This document shows, piece by piece, positions 7,255-16,190 of a stretch of 64,000 nucleotides of DNA. The notes under the pieces are model-generated. The model saw nothing but the letters and a program-made list of their open reading frames with translations. It did no database searches and was not told the DNA's origin. Origin of the DNA: Waddliaceae bacterium (GTDB lineage: Bacteria; Chlamydiota; Chlamydiia; Chlamydiales; JABHNK01); contig JABHNK010000021.1 in the NCBI GenBank assembly GCA_018694295.1, positions 19,292 to 83,291 on the forward strand, given 5' to 3'. Positions within the stretch are counted from its first letter, which is position 1, and every line of letters begins with the position of its first letter. A program made the position numbers and the translations under genes.

Positions 7255-9030
7255 ATGGTTGATAAGAAGATATTCCTGAAAGGATCGCCGCTATGTTCAG
7301 GGGTCGCTATAGGCAAACCCTTCATATTCACATTCGCCGATGAAATAATACCGAATTTCTCAATAGCAGCTAACGAAGTCGAAGACGAGATAAAACGATA
7401 CCGCAAAGCACTACGCCTTAGCAAAAAAGATATCACGAAACTGCAGAAAAAACTCAAGAAAGAAGGCGCCAGTGAAGGTGCCGATATGCTCGCAACACAC
7501 CTGCACATACTACAAGACCCTCTTATCACTACCGCCGTAGAAGATAAAATCCGTGAGACACGGAAAAATACAGAATATATCTTTAGACTCGTCGTCGACG
7601 AATATGAAGAAAGATTTAACAAAATCTCCGACGAGTTTTTCCGCGAACGCTTTCGCGATATACAAGATATCTCACGACGTATCTTGGCACACCTAAGAAA
7701 AAGCGTCACAATGTCTCTAGCAGAAATACCGGAAAACTCCGTCGTCTTCGCACATAGCCTGCTGCCATCAGATGTCGCAGAAGCAAAGATATCATCGGTA
7801 GCAGCTTTCGTCACAGAAGGGTGTGGCGAGACATCACACGCCGTTATTGTCGCCAAAGCCAAAGGAATACCATACGTCTCTACACGAGACTTCGACGTTA
7901 TAGAAGAAAAAATACAGTCAGGAAAAAATGTTATCGTCGACGGCAGAACAGGCGATATCATAATAGACCCTACACCAGAGACTCTAGAGATATACCGCGC
8001 AATAAAAGAAAGACTACACGAAGAATATGTCGTCTTGGAGAAGTCGGGAAGCCTAGAAGCTGAGACTATCGACGGATATAGCATAACACTTTCGGCTAAC
8101 GTTGATAATATCGAAGACATCGGAAACATACGTCGATACCCAAACACCAATATAGGACTCTTCAGGTCCGAATATATACTGCTAAAACAAGAGGCCTTCC
8201 CAACAGAAGACGAACAGTATGTCATCTATAAAAAGCTCGTCACCACTATGGCTGGACTCCCCGTGACAATAAGGACCTTCGATATCGGTGGTGATAAATG
8301 GGGAGATTTCCAGGAGTTCAACAGAGAAGATAACCCATTCCTAGGATGTAGATCGATACGTTTCATGCTAAGAGACCCCGAGCTCTTCAAAACACAACTG
8401 CGAGCAATATTGCGTGCTAGCGCCTTCGGCGCCGTTAATATCATATTCCCCATGGTCTCGGGATACTACGAACTAATGCAAGCAAAAAAACTCCTAGAAG
8501 AGGCGAAACAAGAGCTTCTCGACAAAGGCGAAAGCTTCGGAGAGAAAATACAGGTGGGATGTATGATAGAAGTCCCTTCGGCGGCATTGATATGTGATAT
8601 CCTCGCTAAAGAATGTGACTTCTTCTCAATAGGTACTAACGACCTCGTACAATATTCCCTAGCAGTAGATAGAGGCAACCAAGACGTTGACTACCTATAC
8701 AGACCAGCACACCCTAGCATAATAAGGCTTATAAAAATTATCGTAACAGAAGCGAAAAAAAATGGGATGCCGGTAAGTATCTGCGGGGAGATAGCAGCAG
8801 ACCCACGTTTTACAGCACTGCTTATAGGACTTGGCGTCGAAAACCTGTCAGTGGCAATGCGGCATATCCCCATAATAAAGAACGTGATACGCTCGCTGAA
8901 TATCGTAGACGCATACGCCCTCACAGAGAAAATAATGACGATGTCATCGTCCGAAGAAATCAGAAATGCTCTAGATGAATATTACCACGCCAGAGTTCGG
9001 AGCTTGGACTCCGAACTCATTTATCAATGA
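7255..9030 (+). CDS. ptsI: phosphoenolpyruvate-protein phosphotransferase (PTS enzyme I)
   Basis: 591 aa. Phosphohistidine region GGETSHAVIVAKAKGIP and PEP-utilising C-terminal domain (FFSIGTNDLVQY). Confidence 0.9.
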   Translation: MVDKKIFLKGSPLCSGVAIGKPFIFTFADEIIPNFSIAANEVEDEIKRYRKALRLSKKDITKLQKKLKKEGASEGADMLATHLHILQDPLITTAVEDKIRETRKNTEYIFRLVVDEYEERFNKISDEFFRERFRDIQDISRRILAHLRKSVTMSLAEIPENSVVFAHSLLPSDVAEAKISSVAAFVTEGCGETSHAVIVAKAKGIPYVSTRDFDVIEEKIQSGKNVIVDGRTGDIIIDPTPETLEIYRAIKERLHEEYVVLEKSGSLEAETIDGYSITLSANVDNIEDIGNIRRYPNTNIGLFRSEYILLKQEAFPTEDEQYVIYKKLVTTMAGLPVTIRTFDIGGDKWGDFQEFNREDNPFLGCRSIRFMLRDPELFKTQLRAILRASAFGAVNIIFPMVSGYYELMQAKKLLEEAKQELLDKGESFGEKIQVGCMIEVPSAALICDILAKECDFFSIGTNDLVQYSLAVDRGNQDVDYLYRPAHPSIIRLIKIIVTEAKKNGMPVSICGEIAADPRFTALLIGLGVENLSVAMRHIPIIKNVIRSLNIVDAYALTEKIMTMSSSEEIRNALDEYYHARVRSLDSELIYQ

Positions 9031-9107
9031 TCAATTATCATTTATCAATAAAAGTAAGTATTGATAACTGCCAATGCTCAATGAAAATCCTTGAAGAATT
9101 TCATCTC

Positions 9108-9383
9108 TCAGACATGAAAATCTTCTAGGATTTTTTGTGCCGTCTTACGCGTTGCATCATCAGTAAGGTAGAAGCCATTCTCAATCTTTTCTTTGGCGTC
9201 GGCGACAGTAGCATCATTACCGGCGGTCATATCTTTGAGAACATCGACCCAAGCCTTTACCTTCTCGGCGTCGTCGCGAGAAAGCTTTTCTTGTATCTTC
9301 TCGGCACGCTCTTTCAACTCTTTAAGAAGAGCTTCAGGGGATTTCTTCGTGGCAATGTTTTTTTCTAGCGTTTTGTTACTCAT
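9108..9383 (-). CDS. small hypothetical protein with FlgM-like C-terminus (tentative)
   Basis: 91 aa with a 4-nt ATGA overlap with the upstream 7TM-HD gene. The C-terminal KEKIENGFYLTDDATRKTAQKIL resembles the FlgM anti-sigma-28 motif (I..G.Y.VD...IA.K.L). Function call is weak. Confidence 0.4.
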   Translation of the reverse strand: MSNKTLEKNIATKKSPEALLKELKERAEKIQEKLSRDDAEKVKAWVDVLKDMTAGNDATVADAKEKIENGFYLTDDATRKTAQKILEDFHV

Positions 9384-11542
9384 ACATCATCCTCTTCATC
9401 TTCGTTGCCGGAATATTTTATCCGTGAATGTGTCGACATCAACATCGACGATACTAGAGACTCCTTTACGGTGCCGAGCTCTTCGAAAGTAAGCATGCAT
9501 TCGTCGAACTGTCCCGACTCAAGACGCTCCTTGACAAGATTGTTTATAAGCTTTTTTAAGGACGCCTTGTTTACAGCCTCGAGAGAGCGTGATGCCGCCT
9601 CGAAAGCGTCGGCTATCATAATTATCGCAGACTCTTTGCTGTGGGCTGTAGGACCTGTGTATTTGAAGTCTTTCTCGTTGACGCGTGACGCGTCGCCGTC
9701 CATAAGCTCCTTCTGGTTGTTGTAGAAATATCTTACGTTCATAGTGCCATGGTGCTCTTTTATGACGTCGACGAACTGCTCGGGAAGTCCGAACTTCCGC
9801 GCCAAAGCAACACCTTCGCTGATATGTTCCGTGATGACCTGCGCCGACTCCGTAGGAGTAAGAAGCTGGTGCATGCTAGTCCCGCGCGGCTCGTTCTCGG
9901 TGAAATATTGAGGGTTCCTTAGCTTGCCGACGTCGTGGTACAAAGACACAACCTTGCAAAAAAGACCGTTGGCGCCGATAGACTGTGCAGCACGCTCGGC
10001 GAGGTTGCCGACGACGATAGAATGTTGGTACGTTCCAGGAGCTTCCATAGCAAGACGCGTAAGGATCTCGTTGTTGGGGTCGAGGTATTCCATAAGGATA
10101 GCATCGGTCATGATAGGAAAGGCGAACTCTATAAGAGGTAAGATCCCGATGACGAGGACAGCAGTGAATATCATGAAAAGCATAGTAGTAAAAATGTCGA
10201 CGGATACAGTACGGCTTATAATGTTCCCCCTATAGAAGCCAAGAGCTACGATAAAGACAATACACCCAATCCACGCTTTTGCACATACCGCGAAGATTTT
10301 CTTCCTGCTGCGGAATGATGTACTCCCTAATATAGCAATAACAGCGGCGACAAGGTTTATTATCATGAATTCCTTGTTGAGAGCAAGGGTCATAGATAGC
10401 ACTACTGCAAGGAAAACGCTGACAACTAAGGCTATCTCCATGTTCATCAACGTACACAGAAGCATCGCAGCAAATGGGACGAATAACGGATACCGTATCA
10501 CCTCGAAAAGGTTTATGCTGGAATTTATGATGATATGCTCGGCAAGTTTAGAGAAAATAAACGCTATGGCGATGATGCTACATAGAAGAAGAATCTTTCT
10601 GTTGGACCGTAAGATGTCGGGAAAACGCTTATTAAGGTACATGATACCCAAGATGATGAAAAGCGCCGTCATAACAGCACTTCCGACGATTGTTGTATAG
10701 TGCCAGATATTCTGACCCTCGGCGAGGGTTTTCTTCATAGCATGGATCATGGCGATATGTTGCTCAGTAACTTTATCACCATAACCTATGATCCTGTCGC
10801 CAGCATTAACACGAGTGTATTGCTTAGGAATGCTATCGGTAGCTTTGTTACGAAGGATGCCAAGGGTTTCGCCGTCTTCGACGAGATCCCAACCCTTGCC
10901 CTTAAAATATGTTATAATGAAATCTATAGTGCCAGGCTGGTATATGTTCTTGGTAAGGGCGATCTTCTCAATATGTTCCCATATGCGCTTAGGAACGTTT
11001 ATCGCCTTGGTAACATCAGAAGTGATGTATACCAGATAGTCCCTGTTTGTCATGCCAAACTGCTTGATCTTCTGTATCGTCCGTGGGTCAGTAAGACGTA
11101 TGGAAAGAAGCATCTTCTCAACATCGTCGATGCCAGAGTACATCTCCTCAAAAGTGCTGCGCTCTGACTGCTTACGCCAGCTTTTATTGTATACGAGATA
11201 TCTCTCAAAGTCGACACGACGTTGGTGTACTTCTTTCTTATTAAAACGGTATATCTTGCCGATATCAAGGAGCGCCTCTTCACGACGACTCTCAGTGGCT
11301 TTGGCGTCATGAAAAGAAAAATTTGTCTGTGCGACGATATACCTGTCAGCAGATTTGTTGAGCTCGAGAGTGTCGACGTGTATCTCCCTGAAATGTAATA
11401 CAGCGAAAAGCCCTACGGAGAACAAAAGCAAAACAACGACACGAAGAATGAAGCTTTTATCGAAGAAGCCCTGCTCTCTAGGGAACTTCAGACCACTAGC
11501 ACCTCGAGAGAAACGCTTTTTAAATTCGTTATTATTACCCAT
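9380..11542 (-). CDS. 7TM receptor with intracellular HD/HDIG hydrolase domain (PgpH/YqfF-like, possible cyclic-di-AMP phosphodiesterase)
   Basis: 720 aa: N-terminal TM, extracytoplasmic domain, ~7 TM block, then an HD domain (HSIVVGNLAERAA...LYHDVGKL...EHHG). Confidence 0.8.
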   Translation of the reverse strand: MGNNNEFKKRFSRGASGLKFPREQGFFDKSFILRVVVLLLFSVGLFAVLHFREIHVDTLELNKSADRYIVAQTNFSFHDAKATESRREEALLDIGKIYRFNKKEVHQRRVDFERYLVYNKSWRKQSERSTFEEMYSGIDDVEKMLLSIRLTDPRTIQKIKQFGMTNRDYLVYITSDVTKAINVPKRIWEHIEKIALTKNIYQPGTIDFIITYFKGKGWDLVEDGETLGILRNKATDSIPKQYTRVNAGDRIIGYGDKVTEQHIAMIHAMKKTLAEGQNIWHYTTIVGSAVMTALFIILGIMYLNKRFPDILRSNRKILLLCSIIAIAFIFSKLAEHIIINSSINLFEVIRYPLFVPFAAMLLCTLMNMEIALVVSVFLAVVLSMTLALNKEFMIINLVAAVIAILGSTSFRSRKKIFAVCAKAWIGCIVFIVALGFYRGNIISRTVSVDIFTTMLFMIFTAVLVIGILPLIEFAFPIMTDAILMEYLDPNNEILTRLAMEAPGTYQHSIVVGNLAERAAQSIGANGLFCKVVSLYHDVGKLRNPQYFTENEPRGTSMHQLLTPTESAQVITEHISEGVALARKFGLPEQFVDVIKEHHGTMNVRYFYNNQKELMDGDASRVNEKDFKYTGPTAHSKESAIIMIADAFEAASRSLEAVNKASLKKLINNLVKERLESGQFDECMLTFEELGTVKESLVSSMLMSTHSRIKYSGNEDEEDDV

Positions 11543-11653
11543 AAGAAATATTCGAACTCACATTTGTTAACAATAAATGATAAGTTTACTCTGGTATAAA
11601 ATAATTTCCAAGAGTAATATTATTCCTTAATTAACACAAGGATATACAACAAC

Positions 11654-12925
11654 ATGTCTAGCTACCAAGTCCTTGCAAGAAAATACCGGCCACAACGTTT
11701 TTCCGATGTCGTAGGACAAGACTCTATCGTTACTACGCTGAAAAATGCCGTCGCTTCAGGACGTATCGCACACGCATACCTTTTTAGTGGATCGCGAGGC
11801 ACAGGGAAAACAACGCTGGCGCGTATCCTCGCAAAGACGCTGAACTGCCACGACCGTAGCGACGACAACGAGCCATGCAGCAAATGCCCATCATGTAAAG
11901 AGATAGCAGCAGGCACTTCACTAGAGGTAATAGAAATCGATGGGGCGTCGAACCGCGGTATCGAAGACATAAGAAAAGTCAACGACACCGTAAGATATTC
12001 TGCGCGAGCAGGAAACTATATGATATATATCATCGACGAGGTGCATATGCTGACAAAGGAGGCATTCAACGCTCTCCTTAAAACCCTAGAAGAGCCACCA
12101 GCAAACGTCGCTTTCTTCTTCGCCACGACAGAACCACACAAAGTTCTGCCAACAATAATGAGCCGATGCCAGAGGTATAACCTCAACAGAATCTCCACTA
12201 CAGATATCATGGAGACGCTGAAAAATATCGCCGCCGACCTCGGCGTCGACGTCGAAGACGAAGCTCTAACAACGATAGCTACCCTCGCCGATGGAGGCCT
12301 TCGCGATGCTCTCTCGACGCTAGACCAGCTGATCTCCTACGCCGAAGGTAAGATCACCAGCGATATCGTCGCAGACCTCCTTGGACTTATGCCGCGCGAT
12401 GTATTCTTCGACCTCGATAAATCAGGAGCAGCAGGTGATATTACCGCGGCATTCACCATCGCCAATGACGTATTCTCCCACGGCAAAGATATCCCTTATT
12501 TCTTCGAAGAGCTAATAAAACACTACCGCACGATACTACTAACGATTGTCGCAGGAAACAATGATACAAACGAAACATTAAGCGAAAACGACCGTATGAG
12601 TTACCGCGAGTCCGCAGCAATATACAACAAAGAACAGTGTATTAACATCCTAGAGGACCTCGCCGACTTCTACGGAAATATCAAGACGATGCCTTCGATG
12701 CAGGTGGCACTAGAGATCGCCCTCATGAAGATAATTCGTAGCCATAAAATGATACCAATAGAAGCCCTAGTAGCAAAACTCGCCGATATCGAAAACGACG
12801 TCATCGTAGCAGCAAAAGAAACACCACAACAACGAAATACACAAAGCGTTCGCGATACCATGACGATGTTCTCCGCAGTAGAACTCGACGGAACGGCGAC
12901 GAAGAAAAAAACAACTTCACAATAA
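11654..12925 (+). CDS. dnaX: DNA polymerase III subunit gamma/tau
   Basis: 423 aa. Walker A GSRGTGKTT, zinc module CxxCxxC (CSKCPSCKEI), DEVHML box. Confidence 0.9.
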   Translation: MSSYQVLARKYRPQRFSDVVGQDSIVTTLKNAVASGRIAHAYLFSGSRGTGKTTLARILAKTLNCHDRSDDNEPCSKCPSCKEIAAGTSLEVIEIDGASNRGIEDIRKVNDTVRYSARAGNYMIYIIDEVHMLTKEAFNALLKTLEEPPANVAFFFATTEPHKVLPTIMSRCQRYNLNRISTTDIMETLKNIAADLGVDVEDEALTTIATLADGGLRDALSTLDQLISYAEGKITSDIVADLLGLMPRDVFFDLDKSGAAGDITAAFTIANDVFSHGKDIPYFFEELIKHYRTILLTIVAGNNDTNETLSENDRMSYRESAAIYNKEQCINILEDLADFYGNIKTMPSMQVALEIALMKIIRSHKMIPIEALVAKLADIENDVIVAAKETPQQRNTQSVRDTMTMFSAVELDGTATKKKTTSQ

Positions 12926-12940
12926 AATAGGAAGGGCATT

Positions 12941-13246
12941 ATGGGAACAGGATTCTCTAAGAAGAAAAAACAAGCTAAGATGTTTCAAGATACCATCGCA
13001 AAGATGCAAGAAGATATGAAAAATACCGAAGTGACAGGACAGGCAGGAAACGGCCTCGTCGTCGTTACTGTGAACGGAGAACATCAACTAACCAATATCA
13101 CAATAAAACCTGAATGCGTCGACCCCGAAGATGTAGAAGGCCTCGAAGATCTAATAAAAGCTGCTTTAGATGACGCCTCCTCAAAAATATCAGATAATAT
13201 GCCATCGCTAGATTCACTAGGCGGTATGGGAATGCCTTTTCATTGA
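12941..13246 (+). CDS. ybaB: YbaB/EbfC nucleoid-associated protein
   Basis: 101 aa immediately after dnaX. Typical sequence ...VTGQAGNGLVVVTVNGEHQLTNITIKPECVDPEDVEGLEDLI. Confidence 0.85.
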   Translation: MGTGFSKKKKQAKMFQDTIAKMQEDMKNTEVTGQAGNGLVVVTVNGEHQLTNITIKPECVDPEDVEGLEDLIKAALDDASSKISDNMPSLDSLGGMGMPFH

Positions 13247-13290
13247 TCAATGATCATTGAGCATTTATCAGTTAATAGGACGGGGGAAGA

Positions 13291-13623
13291 ATGGTAATTG
13301 AAAATGAAAACATTACTTATGAAAAAGCATATGCTTTTGCTATCAGAATTATAAATTGTGTTAAATGGATACGAGAAAATAAAAAAGAATTTGTTTTAAC
13401 CAAACAACTTTTGCGTGCTGGTACGTCAATAGGTGCAAATGTATCGGAGGCAAATGGTGGGATTTCTAAAGCTGATTTTTCAGCTAAGATTTCGATAGCA
13501 TATAAAGAGTGTTTAGATACGAAATATTTGGAAACAGAAGACTATAAAAATATTTTTGCAGATGCTGATGAACTTGGAAAAATATTATTTAGCATTATCA
13601 GAACCTCTAGAATACAACGATAA
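13291..13623 (+). CDS. four-helix-bundle protein (23S rRNA intervening-sequence protein / Avd-like family)
   Basis: 110 aa. Family motifs QLLRAGTSIGANVSEANGG.SKADF..K..IAYKEC.DTKY. AT-rich relative to its neighbours and flanked by direct repeats (see findings). Confidence 0.7.
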   Translation: MVIENENITYEKAYAFAIRIINCVKWIRENKKEFVLTKQLLRAGTSIGANVSEANGGISKADFSAKISIAYKECLDTKYLETEDYKNIFADADELGKILFSIIRTSRIQR

Positions 13624-13626
13624 CTA

Positions 13627-13668
13627 CTCAATACTCAATGTTCAATGTTCAATGTTCAATGATAATTG
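13627..13668. repeat. degenerate heptamer tandem array (CTCAATA CTCAATG TTCAATG x3 ATAATTG)
   Basis: Read directly from the sequence. Overlaps the stop codon and last codons of the amn-like gene. Confidence 0.85.
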
Positions 13669-14454
13669 TTTATTGAGCATGTCTTTCATGATGTTTACAA
13701 CTTCGACGCCTTTGTCGACATGGTCGGCAGTGTATTCGTCCAAAACAAACTTTGCGCTCTTCTTCGTCTTGATCCCGCCTTTCTCGAGAGGAAGGTCGGA
13801 GATGATATATAACGCTCCCATGGGGATCTTGTATTTGTAGCTAGCACAAAATAACGTCGCAGACTCCATCTCTATCGACTGCGCTCGCGATGCCTTGAGG
13901 CGCGCAATGAAGTCTTCATCGAACTCCCAAAAACGCTTGTTGGTAGTATGGCATATCCCAATGTGATAGGGGGTGTTGTTCTTCTCCAAAGCGTTGGTTA
14001 CAGCTTTCTGTACCTGGAAATTCGCCATGGCAGGAACCTCCGAAGGGAAATAAAAGTCCGAAGTGCCCTCGCCACGGATGCTGGCGACAGGGACGAAATA
14101 GTCTCCTACAGAATAACTACGACGTAAGCCGCCGCACATGCCAAGATGTAGGATGGCCTTTATTGGTAAGAAAGCACAGCAGTCGACAAGCAACGCCGCC
14201 GTAGGAGATCCTATGCGGAAGTCAATGATGCTGATGTCGTCTTCAGGGGAATGAGCAACATTAAAGCCTGGACCCTGGACGATGGTAAGCCCACGCGCAT
14301 CGGCGAAATATTCTAAATATTTCGGGAAGTTCGTAATAAATAAATATGAACAGAAGTCGTCAGGAGGGGAGTTGGAATAGCGTTCCAAAGTATCGCGAGC
14401 AATCTTTACCTGAAGAGGGTCGTAGTTTTTTAGGTCGCGCTTTTTGTGTATCAT
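13642..14454 (-). CDS. AMP nucleosidase-like protein (nucleoside phosphorylase family 1)
   Basis: 270 aa. PNP_UDP_1-type motifs HLGMCGGL and SIEMESATL. Short Amn-like form. The last ~12 codons lie in the heptamer repeat. Confidence 0.6.
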   Translation of the reverse strand: MIHKKRDLKNYDPLQVKIARDTLERYSNSPPDDFCSYLFITNFPKYLEYFADARGLTIVQGPGFNVAHSPEDDISIIDFRIGSPTAALLVDCCAFLPIKAILHLGMCGGLRRSYSVGDYFVPVASIRGEGTSDFYFPSEVPAMANFQVQKAVTNALEKNNTPYHIGICHTTNKRFWEFDEDFIARLKASRAQSIEMESATLFCASYKYKIPMGALYIISDLPLEKGGIKTKKSAKFVLDEYTADHVDKGVEVVNIMKDMLNKQLSLNIEH

Positions 14455-14533
14455 AATTTCTTTGCCTCGTTGAGTAATAAAAAATATACTCTATATATTA
14501 AACAATATATATCTTTAAACGCAATAATGGGTT

Positions 14534-15472
14534 TTACCACGAGAAAGGAAGAACATCAGCGATCTTGTCGGCACCATGACGTATCATCATAAGCCTGTCG
14601 ATGCCGACAGCGACGCCACAGCAATCAGGGAGTCCAGCATCGAGAGCTTCCAAAAAGCTCTCATCGAGAGGAAGGGAATCTTTTCCCATACGCATACGCT
14701 CTTCATTGGCGTCTTGGAAACGTCGGCTCTGTTCTTCGGCGTCGCCGAGCTCATGGTATCCGTTGGCAAGCTCATAACCACCGAAATATACTTCGAACCT
14801 CTCGGCGACAGCCTCATCGCCAACAGTTTTTTTCTGCGCAAGAGCTGCCTGCGAGGCAGGATAGTATTTCACGACGGTAACGACATCTTTATCAAGATTT
14901 GGCTCAACAATAGCCGCTACTATCATATTTAAAATAGCATCACGACCTTCGTCACCAAGACCTTCGTAGATCTCGATGCCGCGCTTGTTAAGACAGCACA
15001 TAAGCTCTTCGTCAGAAGAAGACACATAGTCGATGCCGGCATGTTTTTTAATGACTTCGCGGTATGTTATGACTTCAACAGGATGGCTGTCAACGAAAAG
15101 AGCGACGAAATCAACGGTCTCTTGTATCATAGCCTCAAAAGAAAAACCAAGACGATACCATTCCGCCAACATAAACTCGGGATTGTGACGCTTGCCAAGC
15201 TCGCCGTCGCGGAATACATGCGACATCTGATAGATGTCTGGCATCCCCATAGCAAGAAGACGCTTCATCCCATATTCCGGCGACGAATGCATATATCGTA
15301 TTGCTCCGTCACAGAACCGCGTAGTAAAAAGATCGATATGAGCATCGATACTAGCAGACGACGATAACACAGGACAGTCGACCTCAACGACGCCACGCTC
15401 AGAAAAAAATCCGCGCGCCTTCGATAACATCGCCGCTCTGTCTCTCAAAATTGTTGGGTCGCATTTTTCCAT
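14534..15472 (-). CDS. epmA: EF-P lysine-34 lysyltransferase (GenX/PoxA, class II LysRS paralogue)
   Basis: 312 aa. Class II aaRS core motifs (FRDGELGKRHNPEF, YFGGYELANGYHEL, GVAVGIDRLMM). Adjacent to efp. Confidence 0.8.
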   Translation of the reverse strand: MEKCDPTILRDRAAMLSKARGFFSERGVVEVDCPVLSSSASIDAHIDLFTTRFCDGAIRYMHSSPEYGMKRLLAMGMPDIYQMSHVFRDGELGKRHNPEFMLAEWYRLGFSFEAMIQETVDFVALFVDSHPVEVITYREVIKKHAGIDYVSSSDEELMCCLNKRGIEIYEGLGDEGRDAILNMIVAAIVEPNLDKDVVTVVKYYPASQAALAQKKTVGDEAVAERFEVYFGGYELANGYHELGDAEEQSRRFQDANEERMRMGKDSLPLDESFLEALDAGLPDCCGVAVGIDRLMMIRHGADKIADVLPFSW

Positions 15473-15517
15473 CTTTTTATTAGAGTATAGTTATAGCGGA
15501 TATTAAATGATCAGTTA

Positions 15518-15550
15518 TCACTGGTCACTGGTCACTGGTCACTGGTCACT
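15518..15550. repeat. heptamer microsatellite (TCACTGG) x4.7
   Basis: Perfect tandem copies read directly, in the epmA-efp intergenic spacer 3 nt from the efp stop. Confidence 0.9.
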
Positions 15551-15553
15551 TAT

Positions 15554-16120
15554 TTACGCTCGAGAGACATATTCTCCCGTGCGCGTGTCGACCTTGATAA
15601 CTTCACCCTCATCGATGAAAATAGGAACTTGCACCTCGGCGCCGGTCTCCAGCGTCGCAGGCTTGAGGACGCGGCCCGATGCCGTGTCACCACGAGCTCC
15701 AGGGTCGGAACGATCGATCTTGAGCTCCATAAAAGTAGGAGGTATAACGTTGATGGCGTCGCCTTTATAAAAGACTATGCCATAGACAATGTCTTCTTTG
15801 AGCCATCGCTCTGTGTCTCCGACGTTCTCTAGAGGTATTGTTGTCTGGTCGTAAGTATTGTCGTCCATAAAAACAACACCTTCACCATCGCGGTATAACA
15901 TCCTCATAGACGTCTCGTTGATGTCGGCAACCTCGGCCTTGTCGTTGGATTTGTATGTCCTCTCGATAACACGGCCACTGATGAGGTTCTTAAGCTTAAC
16001 ACGGCAAAACGACTGCCCCTTGCCAGGTTTGACGAACTCAGTATTGACGATAAGATACGGCTGCCTGTCGATCTCAAGCTTCATGCCACTACGAAAACTG
16101 TTGGTGTCTACCACTGCCAT
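15554..16120 (-). CDS. efp: elongation factor P
   Basis: 188 aa. KPGKGQSF loop carrying the modified Lys, and three OB/KOW-like domains. Confidence 0.9.
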   Translation of the reverse strand: MAVVDTNSFRSGMKLEIDRQPYLIVNTEFVKPGKGQSFCRVKLKNLISGRVIERTYKSNDKAEVADINETSMRMLYRDGEGVVFMDDNTYDQTTIPLENVGDTERWLKEDIVYGIVFYKGDAINVIPPTFMELKIDRSDPGARGDTASGRVLKPATLETGAEVQVPIFIDEGEVIKVDTRTGEYVSRA

Positions 16121-16190
16121 AAATCTATCCCTTTATAAATAAAACGTTTCCAATATTGTACATAGAAATGTCTTCGATGTCTAGAATAAT

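Noticed and set aside
7200-8225. 341-aa ORF antisense to ptsI
   Set aside because: It overlaps a very well supported gene (ptsI) entirely on the opposite strand. The translation is low-complexity Ser/Ile/Phe-rich with no motif, so it looks like a codon-bias artefact.
9042-9067. Perfect 9-bp hairpin TTATCAATA-N8-TATTGATAA between convergent ptsI and the FlgM-like ORF as a bidirectional terminator
   Set aside because: No U-run follows on either strand, and the stem is entirely A/T. It is also part of the TCAATG-type word region, so I did not call it a terminator.
12898-12925. A-rich run (GAAGAAAAAAACAAC) near the dnaX 3' end as a possible tau/gamma frameshift site
   Set aside because: It lies only ~6 codons before the natural stop, so a shift would not produce a meaningfully shorter gamma product. 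The gene is already of gamma-like length.
13627-13668. Tandem short repeats (also 15518-15550 and the CACAGAG TIRs) as possible CRISPR arrays
   Set aside because: The units are 7-8 bp with no spacers, far below CRISPR repeat size, and no cas genes are present.
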